From positions 1,964 through 65,963 of the forward strand of contig ONWV01000002.1 in the NCBI GenBank assembly GCA_900321635.1: a DNA stretch of 64,000 bases. The letters run 5' to 3'. Below the pieces are notes generated by a model. The model searched no databases and had not been told where the DNA came from. It saw only the letters and a program-made list of their open reading frames with translations. Positions 41,955-50,384 of the stretch are shown here, piece after piece (the first letter of the stretch is position 1; each line of letters starts with the position of its first letter). The translations under genes and the position numbers were made by a program. Source of the stretch: an uncultured Spirochaetaceae bacterium (GTDB lineage: Bacteria; Spirochaetota; Spirochaetia; Sphaerochaetales; Sphaerochaetaceae).

Positions 41955-42032
41955 TATCGTCGTTCCTACGCTGGCATTACCCAGATCAGGTTCGAGGGTA
42001 TGATCTCAGGCCTAATCGGCCACCCCTAGACA
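41955..42032 (-). promoter_or_regulatory. TPP (THI-box) riboswitch
   Basis: The minus strand reads CUAGGGGUGGCCGAUUAGGCCUGAGAUCAUACCCUCGAACCUGAUCUGGGUAAUGCCAGCGUAGGAACG. It contains the conserved GGGGUG, CUGAGA, ACCC and CCUGAUCUGGGUAAUGCCAGCGUAGG blocks of the THI element. Confidence 0.9.
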
Positions 42033-42038
42033 CCTCTG

Positions 42039-42067
42039 AGATTAAACCAGACGTCATGTTTGTTCAA
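42039..42067 (-). promoter_or_regulatory. putative sigma70-type promoter of the riboswitch-thiBPQ transcript
   Basis: The minus strand reads TTGAAC (42067-42062), a 17-nt spacer, then TAATCT (42044-39). The predicted start falls at the first riboswitch nucleotides. The promoter overlaps the pdxR stop codon. Confidence 0.4.
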
Positions 42068-43412
42068 GAGGCATCAGGGTTCTGAGGAAAGTATAAAAAC
42101 GCTCTGTCTGTTCGTCAGAAAGATGGGCATAGCCTATTACAATCCAGCCTGTTCCCGTGCCCTGAAGCCTGAATCCAGAACCAAGAGCCCGACTTATGAC
42201 GTCTTTTTCAGGAAGCGGGAATCTGACGATGAAATGAAGACCCGCTTCCTCACCCTTGATTTCTGCAGACGGAACGGCACTTTGAATTACCTCAAGCATT
42301 CTGTTTCTGCGACTTCTGTAGACCCTTCTCATGCGGCTTATGTGACGCTCAAAGAATCCGTTGTCCATGAAAAGGGAGACTACCTTCTGGTCGATTCTTG
42401 AAACAGGGCAGGGGTACTTGGAAAAGCGCTTTCTGTATTTTTCCAAAAGAGCAGGGGGAAGAATCATGTAGCTCAGTCTAATGGACGGGGTCAGGGTTCT
42501 TGAGAAAGTCCCTATGTAGATCACCTTGCCGTCCGTATCCATGCCGCACACCGAAGCTATCGGGTGTCCGTTGTATCTGAAGTCCGAATCGTAGTCATCT
42601 TCTATGACATAGCGTCCATCTTGGGCCTTGGCCCAGTCCAAAACGGCTGCACGGCGCGGAGCGGACATGGTTGTTCCCATCGGATACTGATGTGAAGGCG
42701 AGATGTGAAGAAGAACATTGCCCTGAAGGCCCGTTGTTTTTCTTCTTATGTCTTTGATTGAAGCCCCTTCATCATCCAAAGAAATATCGCGGATTTCGCA
42801 TCCTGTATCCGATACTATCTCCCTTGTGCTCGCAAAGCCCGGATTCTCCATGAGAAAGACAGGCTTTTCTTCAAAAAGCGACGGGAGGGCCTGAAGGTGG
42901 TACGATGTTCCGTTTCCTATGATGATCTGGTCTTCAGAGCACGAGATTCCCTTATGGTTGTAGACATAGTCTGAAATAGATAGCCTTATGTCCTCATCGC
43001 CCATGTTCATTCCGCTCTGGCCAAGAATCGAGATGTTCTGCCCGCTTAAGGTTTCCCTGTAAAGCTGCCTGAGTGTGCTGTATGGAAAAAGAGAGCTGTC
43101 AATGAGGTTGGCAGACAGGTTTGTGATATTTGCCTTTATCTCCTCTCTCTTCGGCGGGACCTTTCTTGCCGCGACCGTAAAGCTTGGAATGGGGGATTCG
43201 AAATTGGCGACAAAGTAGCCGCTTCGCTCCCTGGAGCTGATATAGCCTTCTGACAGAAGCAGGGCATAGGCTCCAAGGACGGTATTTCTGCTGACACCGT
43301 TTTCTTCGGCACAGCGTCTTACGGACGGCATTTTGCTTCCCGCCTTAAGACGGCCTGCTCTTATCTCGTCTGTGAATTTGCTGTAAAGACCTTCATACAG
43401 TGAAGTGCGCAT
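42054..43412 (-). CDS. pdxR: MocR/PdxR-type regulator (GntR wHTH fused to aminotransferase-like PLP domain)
   Basis: From ATG 43412 the product starts MRTSLYEGLYSKFTDEIRAGRLKAGSKMPSVRRCAEENGVSRNTVLGAYALLLSEGYI (wHTH), followed by a ~350-aa fold-type-I domain. The longer ORF-track start (43715) would overlap pdxK on the opposite strand. Confidence 0.8.
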   Translation of the reverse strand: MRTSLYEGLYSKFTDEIRAGRLKAGSKMPSVRRCAEENGVSRNTVLGAYALLLSEGYISSRERSGYFVANFESPIPSFTVAARKVPPKREEIKANITNLSANLIDSSLFPYSTLRQLYRETLSGQNISILGQSGMNMGDEDIRLSISDYVYNHKGISCSEDQIIIGNGTSYHLQALPSLFEEKPVFLMENPGFASTREIVSDTGCEIRDISLDDEGASIKDIRRKTTGLQGNVLLHISPSHQYPMGTTMSAPRRAAVLDWAKAQDGRYVIEDDYDSDFRYNGHPIASVCGMDTDGKVIYIGTFSRTLTPSIRLSYMILPPALLEKYRKRFSKYPCPVSRIDQKVVSLFMDNGFFERHISRMRRVYRSRRNRMLEVIQSAVPSAEIKGEEAGLHFIVRFPLPEKDVISRALGSGFRLQGTGTGWIVIGYAHLSDEQTERFYTFLRTLMPLEQT

Positions 43413-43414
43413 GG

Positions 43415-43473
43415 ACAGATTATACTGTACCCATAAAAATTGTGTAAACTGTTTCTTTATTTGATTACAGATT
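43415..43473. promoter_or_regulatory. candidate PdxR operator repeats in the pdxR/pdxK divergent region
   Basis: Direct repeats ACAGATT at 43415-43421 and 43467-43473, 52 bp apart. TA(T/A)ACTGT at 43421-43428 and 43445-43452. Confidence 0.35.
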
Positions 43474-43491
43474 TTATCTACATTTTCAGCC

Positions 43492-44349
43492 ATGAAGAGA
43501 ATAGTAACCATCCAGGATATTTCATGTGTGGGAAAATGCTCCCTCACAGTTGCACTTCCAATCATCTCAGCCATGGGTGTTGAGACTGCCATAATTCCTA
43601 CCGCCGTGCTTTCTACGCACACCATGTTCAAGGGTTTCACGTTCAGGGACCTCACAGCCGACATCAAGCCGATCATGGACCACTGGGAGAAGGAGGGCAT
43701 AAGCTTTGACGCCATCTACACCGGCTACCTCGGATCCTTTGAGCAGATTGATTTGATGAAGGAGCTTTTCTCCCGCTTCAGGGGAAAGGGAACTACGGTC
43801 GTTGTGGATCCGTGCATGGCAGACAACGGAAAGCTGTATCCAGGCTTCACCGAGGCCTTTGCAAAGGCCATGGCAGGGCTCTGCTCGCAGGCTGACATCA
43901 TTGTCCCCAACCTTACCGAGGCCAGCTTTATGCTGGGAATCCCTTATAAGGCTGCAGGAAGCTACGACCAGGCCTATATCGAGGATCTTCTTAAGAAGCT
44001 TGCTTCTCTTGGAGCCAAAGAGGTTGTGCTTAAGGGAATTGAGCTTCCTGACAAGAAGGGCAAGATCGGAATCGCCTCCTACAATGCCAAGACAAAGCAG
44101 ATATCATGGTATTTCCATACCAAGATGAGCACAAGCTTCCACGGAACAGGCGATATTTTCGCAAGCGTTCTGACCGGAGCTCTGGTAAGGGGTCTTTCAC
44201 TTGAGAAGGCCTATGCACTTGCTGGAGACTTTGTCGTACAGTCCATCAAGAAGACACTCAGCCACAAGGACCACAACACATACGGTGTGGACTTTGAAGC
44301 CGCATTCCCGACACTTGTCAGACGGCTGGAGAAAGAGCTTAAAGCTTAA
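43492..44349 (+). CDS. pdxK: pyridoxal/pyridoxamine kinase (ribokinase fold)
   Basis: 285 aa with N-terminus MKRIVTIQDISCVGKCSLTVALPIISAMG and motif GTGDIFASVLTGAL. Confidence 0.85.
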   Translation: MKRIVTIQDISCVGKCSLTVALPIISAMGVETAIIPTAVLSTHTMFKGFTFRDLTADIKPIMDHWEKEGISFDAIYTGYLGSFEQIDLMKELFSRFRGKGTTVVVDPCMADNGKLYPGFTEAFAKAMAGLCSQADIIVPNLTEASFMLGIPYKAAGSYDQAYIEDLLKKLASLGAKEVVLKGIELPDKKGKIGIASYNAKTKQISWYFHTKMSTSFHGTGDIFASVLTGALVRGLSLEKAYALAGDFVVQSIKKTLSHKDHNTYGVDFEAAFPTLVRRLEKELKA

Positions 44350-45458
44350 TTGATATAAATCGAATCCTCAGGTCTGAAGACTACTTTAGGGACATCGCCG
44401 AGCATCTTGGCGATGTCTTTTGTACTGTGGCCCATGATTCTCAGAAGGTCGGATGAATTGAAGCTTGTTATGGCCTTCATTATCACATTTCCGTCGGGGG
44501 CTTTGACATTTATCACATCACCATCATTGAAAACGCCGCTTACATCCTTGATTCCTGAGGGAAGAAGGGACTTATGACCTACAGTCAGGGCCTTTTCAGC
44601 GCCCTCATCCACGGTCACAGATCCTGATGCCGATGTGTTGTATATCCATCTTTGTCTCTGCGCAAGACGCTTTTCGGGCAGAATGTATGTTCCTATGTTC
44701 TCTCCCAGAACGCTGCGAATCAGGGCATCCTTCTCATAGCCTGAGACTATGATGGTCCCGCATCCGCCTTTTTGGGCAATCTGGGCGGCAAGGAGCTTTG
44801 TCTTCATTCCACCTGTGGAGAACGTGCTTCCGGCACCCTTGGCATAGCCAAAGACCTCGTTTGTCAGCTCAGGAATCTCATCTATAAGCTTTGCATCAGG
44901 GTCTGTCTTGGGATTTCCCGTGTAGACGCCGTCTATGTCTGTCATGAGAACAAGAAGGTCGGCATCAATCTTGGATGCGACATATGCAGACATTCTGTCG
45001 TTGTCGCCAAAGACATTGTTGATCTCCGAAGTGGAGACAACGTCGTTTTCATTGAATACGGGAACAACCTTGAGCTGAAGCAGCGTTGTCACGGCAGCTC
45101 TCATGTTGTTGTAGCCCGTTCTGTTGTTCAGAACGTTTCTGGTAATCAAAACCTGGCCGCAAAGCAGTTTGTGCTTTGAAAAAGACTCCTGATATGCCGT
45201 CATCAGAAGAGGGTTTCCGATTGAGGCGCAGGCCTGTCTGAGAGGAATATGCTTTACGGGGTTGTTGTGCTTCAGGGCTTTTGCACCCATTCCTATTGCT
45301 CCTGAGGAGACAAGAATCACGTTGTAGCCAAGCTCGATAAGATGCGCCACCTGGCGTGCTATATCATCGATTCTGGCCTTATCTATTCCGGTTTTGGAGG
45401 AAAGAAGGTTCGTTCCCACCTTCACGACAACAGTCTTGATTCTTCCCAGATCACGCAT
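44346..45458 (-). CDS. proB: glutamate 5-kinase
   Basis: The start was moved to ATG 45458 (MRDLGRIKTVVVKVGTNLL), which overlaps the proA stop (TGATG). It has an amino-acid-kinase domain and a C-terminal PUA domain. Confidence 0.9.
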   Translation of the reverse strand: MRDLGRIKTVVVKVGTNLLSSKTGIDKARIDDIARQVAHLIELGYNVILVSSGAIGMGAKALKHNNPVKHIPLRQACASIGNPLLMTAYQESFSKHKLLCGQVLITRNVLNNRTGYNNMRAAVTTLLQLKVVPVFNENDVVSTSEINNVFGDNDRMSAYVASKIDADLLVLMTDIDGVYTGNPKTDPDAKLIDEIPELTNEVFGYAKGAGSTFSTGGMKTKLLAAQIAQKGGCGTIIVSGYEKDALIRSVLGENIGTYILPEKRLAQRQRWIYNTSASGSVTVDEGAEKALTVGHKSLLPSGIKDVSGVFNDGDVINVKAPDGNVIMKAITSFNSSDLLRIMGHSTKDIAKMLGDVPKVVFRPEDSIYIN

Positions 45459-46753
45459 CAGATCAGCTCCTTGTGATGAAAGCTCTTTCCGTTTTCTCCG
45501 CTGTATTCGGCCACAGTCTGGCCGTCTCCGCACAGAATCCATTTCGTGGTCATAAGACCTTCAAGTCCCACAGGTCCTCTTGCATGGAACTTTGATGTGG
45601 AGATTCCGACCTCCGCACCCAGGCCGAACCTGAAGCCGTCTGCAAACCTTGTGGAGCAGTTTACAAACACATCTGCGCTGTCCACCTTGGCGATGAAGTA
45701 GTCGGCGTTCTTCTTGTCCTTGGTAAGGATTGCATCTGTATGATGAGAGCCGTGGCTCTGGATATGGTCAACAGCTTCCTGAACAGAAGAGACGACCTTG
45801 ATTGCACATTCAAGACCAAGGTACTCGGTATGAAAATCTTCTTCCGTGGCAGGAACTGCACCAGGCATCAATGGCAGGGCAGTCTTATCCGCATGAATCT
45901 TCACGCCGTTTTCCGAAAATGCCTTTGCAAGCATGGGAAGGAAGGACGGGGCAATATCCTTGTGAACAAGAAATGTCTCAGTTGCATTGCATGCGGCAGG
46001 ATACTGGATTTTGGCGTCAAGACAGACCTTCACGGCATCTTTTAGGTCGGCGCTTTTGTCAACATATGTGGCACAGATTCCGTCGGAGTGTCCTATGACT
46101 GGAATTCTTGTGTTTTCCATGACATGGCGCACAAAGGCGTTGGAGCCTCTGGGAATGAGAAGATCCACATAGCCTTCTGCCTTCAACAGTGTGTCCACAT
46201 CCTCGTGGCTTTCAATTCCCATAATCCAGTCAGATCCGAATGAAAGGTCCTTTGTGGCATCCTTGATGATGGAAATCAGTGTTCTGTTGGATCTTGCGGC
46301 CTCCCGTCCTCCCTTGAGGATGACGGCATTTGCAGATCTCAGGGCAAGGCCTGCAATCTGAACCAGAGCATCAGGGCGGGCTTCGAAGATCATCCCTATG
46401 ACTCCGATCGGAAAGGTTCTTTTTTCAAGTACAAAACCAGGATCAAGTTCACGCTTCTCGCGCACCCTTCCTATGGGGTCCTTCTGTTCGGAAAGCTCTG
46501 ACAGACCCTTGGTCACGGCCTTCAGTTTATCCTCTGAAAACAGAAGCCTGTGAAGGATTGAATCGGGTATTCCTGATGCCTTAGCATCGTCCAGATCTGC
46601 ACGGTTCTGTGAAAAAATAAGGTCTTTATTGGCTTTCAGGGCATCGGAGACAAGTTTCAGTGCCTTCTTTCTCTCTTCGTCGGATGAGACTGAAAGTACA
46701 GAGGCGCTTTCTCTGACTTTTGAAAATGATTCGAAAAGTTTTGAGTCATTCAT
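45458..46753 (-). CDS. proA: glutamate-5-semialdehyde dehydrogenase
   Basis: 431 aa of the aldehyde-dehydrogenase-like gamma-glutamyl phosphate reductase type (CNATETFLVH). It overlaps the proC stop by 4 nt. Confidence 0.9.
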   Translation of the reverse strand: MNDSKLFESFSKVRESASVLSVSSDEERKKALKLVSDALKANKDLIFSQNRADLDDAKASGIPDSILHRLLFSEDKLKAVTKGLSELSEQKDPIGRVREKRELDPGFVLEKRTFPIGVIGMIFEARPDALVQIAGLALRSANAVILKGGREAARSNRTLISIIKDATKDLSFGSDWIMGIESHEDVDTLLKAEGYVDLLIPRGSNAFVRHVMENTRIPVIGHSDGICATYVDKSADLKDAVKVCLDAKIQYPAACNATETFLVHKDIAPSFLPMLAKAFSENGVKIHADKTALPLMPGAVPATEEDFHTEYLGLECAIKVVSSVQEAVDHIQSHGSHHTDAILTKDKKNADYFIAKVDSADVFVNCSTRFADGFRFGLGAEVGISTSKFHARGPVGLEGLMTTKWILCGDGQTVAEYSGENGKSFHHKELI

Positions 46754-47559
46754 GATCTTTTTTCAAGTTCCTCTGACTTTCTTGCTGCAGCGCTTACTGC
46801 AGAAATCACGGCAGATGCAAAGCCGCCGTCAGCAAGGGCTGCAACGCCTTCGATTGTAGTTCCCTTAGCGGAGCAGACCATCGTCTCAAGATCCACGGCA
46901 TTTCGGCCTGTCTGTTTCTGAAGGTTTGCTGCACTGAGCATTGTGTCTGCGACTATGGAAAGAGCCTTGGGATAGGGAATACCCTCACGGACTCCGCCCA
47001 TGGCCATCTGGTGCATGAACTCGAACATGTAGGCAATTCCGCTTCCTGAGATTCCGATGAATGCGGAAAAAAGATTCTCTTCAAGCTCAAAGGCAGAACC
47101 TACGGAAGTTGCAACCTCCATGGCATCCATTCTTGAACTCTGATCCAAAGCCTTTGAATATGTGACGGCAGTCACAGCATAACCGATCTTGGCGGCGATA
47201 TTGGGCATGAAGCGGGCAACCTTGTCAGTACAGAGGTTCTTTTCAAGCTTTTCCAGTGTGACACCTGCTGCGATTGAGATGTAAAAATCCGGCTTCAGAT
47301 CTGCGAGTCTGCCCCAGATCAACGGGAGGACCTGAGGCTTTACGGCGATGATCACGATATGTGAACCCTTGGCCTCCTCCATGGATGAAAGAACGGTGAT
47401 AGCCTGTCCCTGAGCGACTCTCTGAGCACTTGGCAGATGGCTGTCATAAACACAGAGATCAATACCTTCAAGTCTGGAAAGTGCTTCGGAAAAAGCTCCT
47501 CCCATGTTACCTGCACCAATGACCGAAACCTTCGGTTTTGCACCGTTAATGCGTTCCAT
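46750..47559 (-). CDS. proC: pyrroline-5-carboxylate reductase
   Basis: Start at ATG 47559 with GGAGG 6 nt upstream. The product starts MERINGAKPKVSVIGAGNMGGAF (Rossmann fold). Confidence 0.85.
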   Translation of the reverse strand: MERINGAKPKVSVIGAGNMGGAFSEALSRLEGIDLCVYDSHLPSAQRVAQGQAITVLSSMEEAKGSHIVIIAVKPQVLPLIWGRLADLKPDFYISIAAGVTLEKLEKNLCTDKVARFMPNIAAKIGYAVTAVTYSKALDQSSRMDAMEVATSVGSAFELEENLFSAFIGISGSGIAYMFEFMHQMAMGGVREGIPYPKALSIVADTMLSAANLQKQTGRNAVDLETMVCSAKGTTIEGVAALADGGFASAVISAVSAAARKSEELEKRS

Positions 47560-47675
47560 CTTTTTCCTCCGATTGAACTTTACCACAGAGCGCAAGAGCA
47601 TGACAATTACAGCTCATATTGTAGTGTATCTTTTACTGACTATTATGTTACAATACGAATCTAAGGAGCTTTGAA

Positions 47676-48665
47676 ATGCCAGATCTCAGAACATCGTATA
47701 TGGGTCTTTCCCTGAAGAATCCGATCATCGTAGCATCGGGTCCTCTCACAGCATCAATCGACAGTCTTAAAAAATGCGAGGATGCAGGAGCAGGTGCCGT
47801 TGTCCTCAAGTCCATCTTCGAGGAGCAGATCAACTACGCCGCAAGCAAGGACGCCTCGGTCAATTCCGAATACATCCAGCAGTCGGACTTCCATGACGCA
47901 TTCGGAAACATGGTCAAGGATTATTACGTTGACCAGTATCTCAAGCTTGTTTCCGATGCAAAGGCATCTCTGAGCATTCCCGTAATCGCCTCAATCAACT
48001 GCCTTCACATCGATTCCTGGTCAGATTATGCCAAGCGTTTCGAGGCCGTCGGAGCCGACGCTCTTGAGCTGAACTATTATCCCATAGCCTCACACGCATC
48101 TGTTTCCGGAGAAAAGGTGGAAAAGGAAGCTCTGGCATTCGCAAGGGCCGCAAGGAAGATGACAAAGCTTCCCGTCTCACTCAAAATCGGCTGCGAGTAT
48201 TCCTCTCTTGCATCGATTATGACAGGATTCGAGAAGGAAGACATCAACGCTCTGGTTCTTTTCAACCACTTCTTCAGACCAGATATCGATATCCGCTCTG
48301 AGAAAACCTGTGCAGGCCAGATGCTCTCATCAGAGACCGAGTACTACGAGTCCCTCAGATGGATTGCCCTGATGGCTGCCGAGCTCAAGAAGACAGACCT
48401 TTGCGGCAACACCGGAATCTACAATGCCGATACTGTCATAAAGATGCTTCTTGCAGGAGCTAAGGCGGTTGAGCTGTGTTCTGTTCTTATGAAGAACGGA
48501 CTTGGAACAATCGGAGGCATGCTCTGTAAGATTGAGCACTGGATGGATGAAAAGGGCTACAAGGCCTTGTCAGACTTCCGCGGAAAGCTTGCTCAGGAGA
48601 ACATGACCGACGGCGCATACTGGGAGCGCACCCAGTACATGAGAACCCTGAATAAAGACAACTGA
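47676..48665 (+). CDS. dihydroorotate dehydrogenase-like / dihydropyrimidine dehydrogenase PreA-like flavoprotein
   Basis: 329 aa with class-1 DHOD-like TIM-barrel motifs (NPIIVASGPL, ALELNYY). AAGGAG SD. Confidence 0.7.
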   Translation: MPDLRTSYMGLSLKNPIIVASGPLTASIDSLKKCEDAGAGAVVLKSIFEEQINYAASKDASVNSEYIQQSDFHDAFGNMVKDYYVDQYLKLVSDAKASLSIPVIASINCLHIDSWSDYAKRFEAVGADALELNYYPIASHASVSGEKVEKEALAFARAARKMTKLPVSLKIGCEYSSLASIMTGFEKEDINALVLFNHFFRPDIDIRSEKTCAGQMLSSETEYYESLRWIALMAAELKKTDLCGNTGIYNADTVIKMLLAGAKAVELCSVLMKNGLGTIGGMLCKIEHWMDEKGYKALSDFRGKLAQENMTDGAYWERTQYMRTLNKDN

Positions 48666-48667
48666 AT

Positions 48668-48702
48668 AAAAAAAGCAGTCTGTTTCAAAGACTGCTTTTT
48701 TC
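48668..48702. terminator. bidirectional intrinsic terminator between the DHOD-like gene and gdhA
   Basis: A7-GCAGTCT-gtttcaa-AGACTGC-T6. Confidence 0.75.
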
Positions 48703-48720
48703 TTAATTGTAAGTTTGTAA

Positions 48721-50058
48721 TCAGTAGCCCTGGGCGCACATTGCATCGGCAACTTTCTTAAAGCCGGCTATGTTTGCTCCCTTGATGTAGTCCACAGAGC
48801 CGTCTTTCTGCTTGCCCTCGCGCACGCAGGCGTTGTGGATGTTCACCATAATCTCGTGAAGCTTGTTGTCAACTTCCTCAGCCGACCATGAAATGTGCTC
48901 TGAGTTCTGGCTCATCTCAAGACCTGAAACTGCAACTCCGCCAGCATTTGCGGCCTTGGAAGGAGCTACAGGAATCTTTGCTTCCTTGAAGACTGCAACA
49001 GCCTCGGGAGTGCATCCCATGTTGGAAGTCTCAATGACATACTTCACACCGTTTTTCACAAGAGCCTTTGCATCGGCTTCATTAAGCTCGTTCTGGTATG
49101 CGCACGGCATTGCAATGTCCACAGGAATGCCCCACGGTCTTTCGCCGGGGAAGAACTTGGCACCGAACTTCTTGGCATAGCCTGCAAGATCTCCGCTGTT
49201 TGTGGCTCTCATCATGAGCATGTAGTTCCATTTCTCCTCAGAGTTGACACCGTCCTCGTCAAGGACATAGCCCTTGGAACCTGAGATTGTGACGACCTTG
49301 GCTCCCAGCTGTGTGGCCTTCATCGCAGCACCCCAGGCGACGTTTCCGTAGCCGGAAATCGAGACCCTCTTGCCCTCGATCCTGTCACCGAAGTCCTTCA
49401 GAAGCTCCTGAGCATAGTAGAGTGCTCCGAAGCCTGTTGCCTCGGGTCTGATGAGAGAACCTCCCCATTCAAGACCCTTTCCGGTGAGGACACCTGTGTT
49501 TTCGTCACGGATGCGCTTGTACTGTCCGTACATGAATCCGATTTCTCTTCCGCCTACACCCACATCACCTGCGGGGACATCGGTGGAAGGTCCGATATGC
49601 TTGAAAAGCTCCGTCATGAAGGAGCGGCAGAATCTCATGATCTCATCGTCGGACTTGCCCTTCGGTGAGAAGTCTGATCCGCCTTTTCCTCCGCCCATCG
49701 GCAGTGTTGTGAGAGAATTTTTGAAAGTCTGCTCAAAACCGAGGAACTTGAGCGTTCCGAGTGTCACGTTCGTGTGGAATCTCAGACCGCCCTTGTAGGG
49801 ACCGATTGCGTTATTGAACTGAACACGCCAACCTCTGTTGACCTGAATCTCATGATTGTCGTCTTCCCATTCTACCTTGAACTCCACGATTCTGTTCGGA
49901 ACTACGATTCTGTCCAGAATCTTGTTCTTGAGGTACATCGGGTTTGCGTTGACTGTGTCTATGACTGATGCGACAATCTCGCTTGCCGCCTGGATGAATT
50001 CGGGCTGTGCAGGATTCTTCTGCTCAAGCTCTGCCATGAACTTCTTGTAATTGTACAT
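48721..50058 (-). CDS. gdhA: NADP-specific glutamate dehydrogenase
   Basis: 445 aa with motifs KGGLRFH, LPMGGGKGGSDF and GYGNVAWGAA. GGAGGGG SD. Confidence 0.95.
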   Translation of the reverse strand: MYNYKKFMAELEQKNPAQPEFIQAASEIVASVIDTVNANPMYLKNKILDRIVVPNRIVEFKVEWEDDNHEIQVNRGWRVQFNNAIGPYKGGLRFHTNVTLGTLKFLGFEQTFKNSLTTLPMGGGKGGSDFSPKGKSDDEIMRFCRSFMTELFKHIGPSTDVPAGDVGVGGREIGFMYGQYKRIRDENTGVLTGKGLEWGGSLIRPEATGFGALYYAQELLKDFGDRIEGKRVSISGYGNVAWGAAMKATQLGAKVVTISGSKGYVLDEDGVNSEEKWNYMLMMRATNSGDLAGYAKKFGAKFFPGERPWGIPVDIAMPCAYQNELNEADAKALVKNGVKYVIETSNMGCTPEAVAVFKEAKIPVAPSKAANAGGVAVSGLEMSQNSEHISWSAEEVDNKLHEIMVNIHNACVREGKQKDGSVDYIKGANIAGFKKVADAMCAQGY

Positions 50059-50384
50059 AGGCCCCTCCTGAGAACTGGTAATAGCACTTTTTCAAGATTT
50101 TATTCAATAGGAATAATCGATGCATTTTATGCAAATTTATGCTTTTCATACGCGTTCTGTATGCGCTTTTTAAACAAAATTGAATAACGTTTCATTTTGT
50201 TGCATAATTATTATCGGCGTTATTTTGTTGTTTCACAAAAGAATGTCATGTAATTATGTTGCTGAAATAAAGACATAGTGTTTGCATGTTGCGTACAAAT
50301 AACTTTTTTCATATTTTTTTCGTATATCAAGTTTTTTTCCAACTTAAAGCCCAAAAATGCCTTCAGATGATGTATATTATCGAC

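Noticed and set aside
43413-43715. The 101-codon N-terminal extension of the pdxR ORF (ORF-track start 43715).
   Set aside because: It would run antisense through the first 224 nt of pdxK and across the shared promoter region. The GntR wHTH begins right after Met102 (ATG 43412), which is the normal position for MocR proteins.
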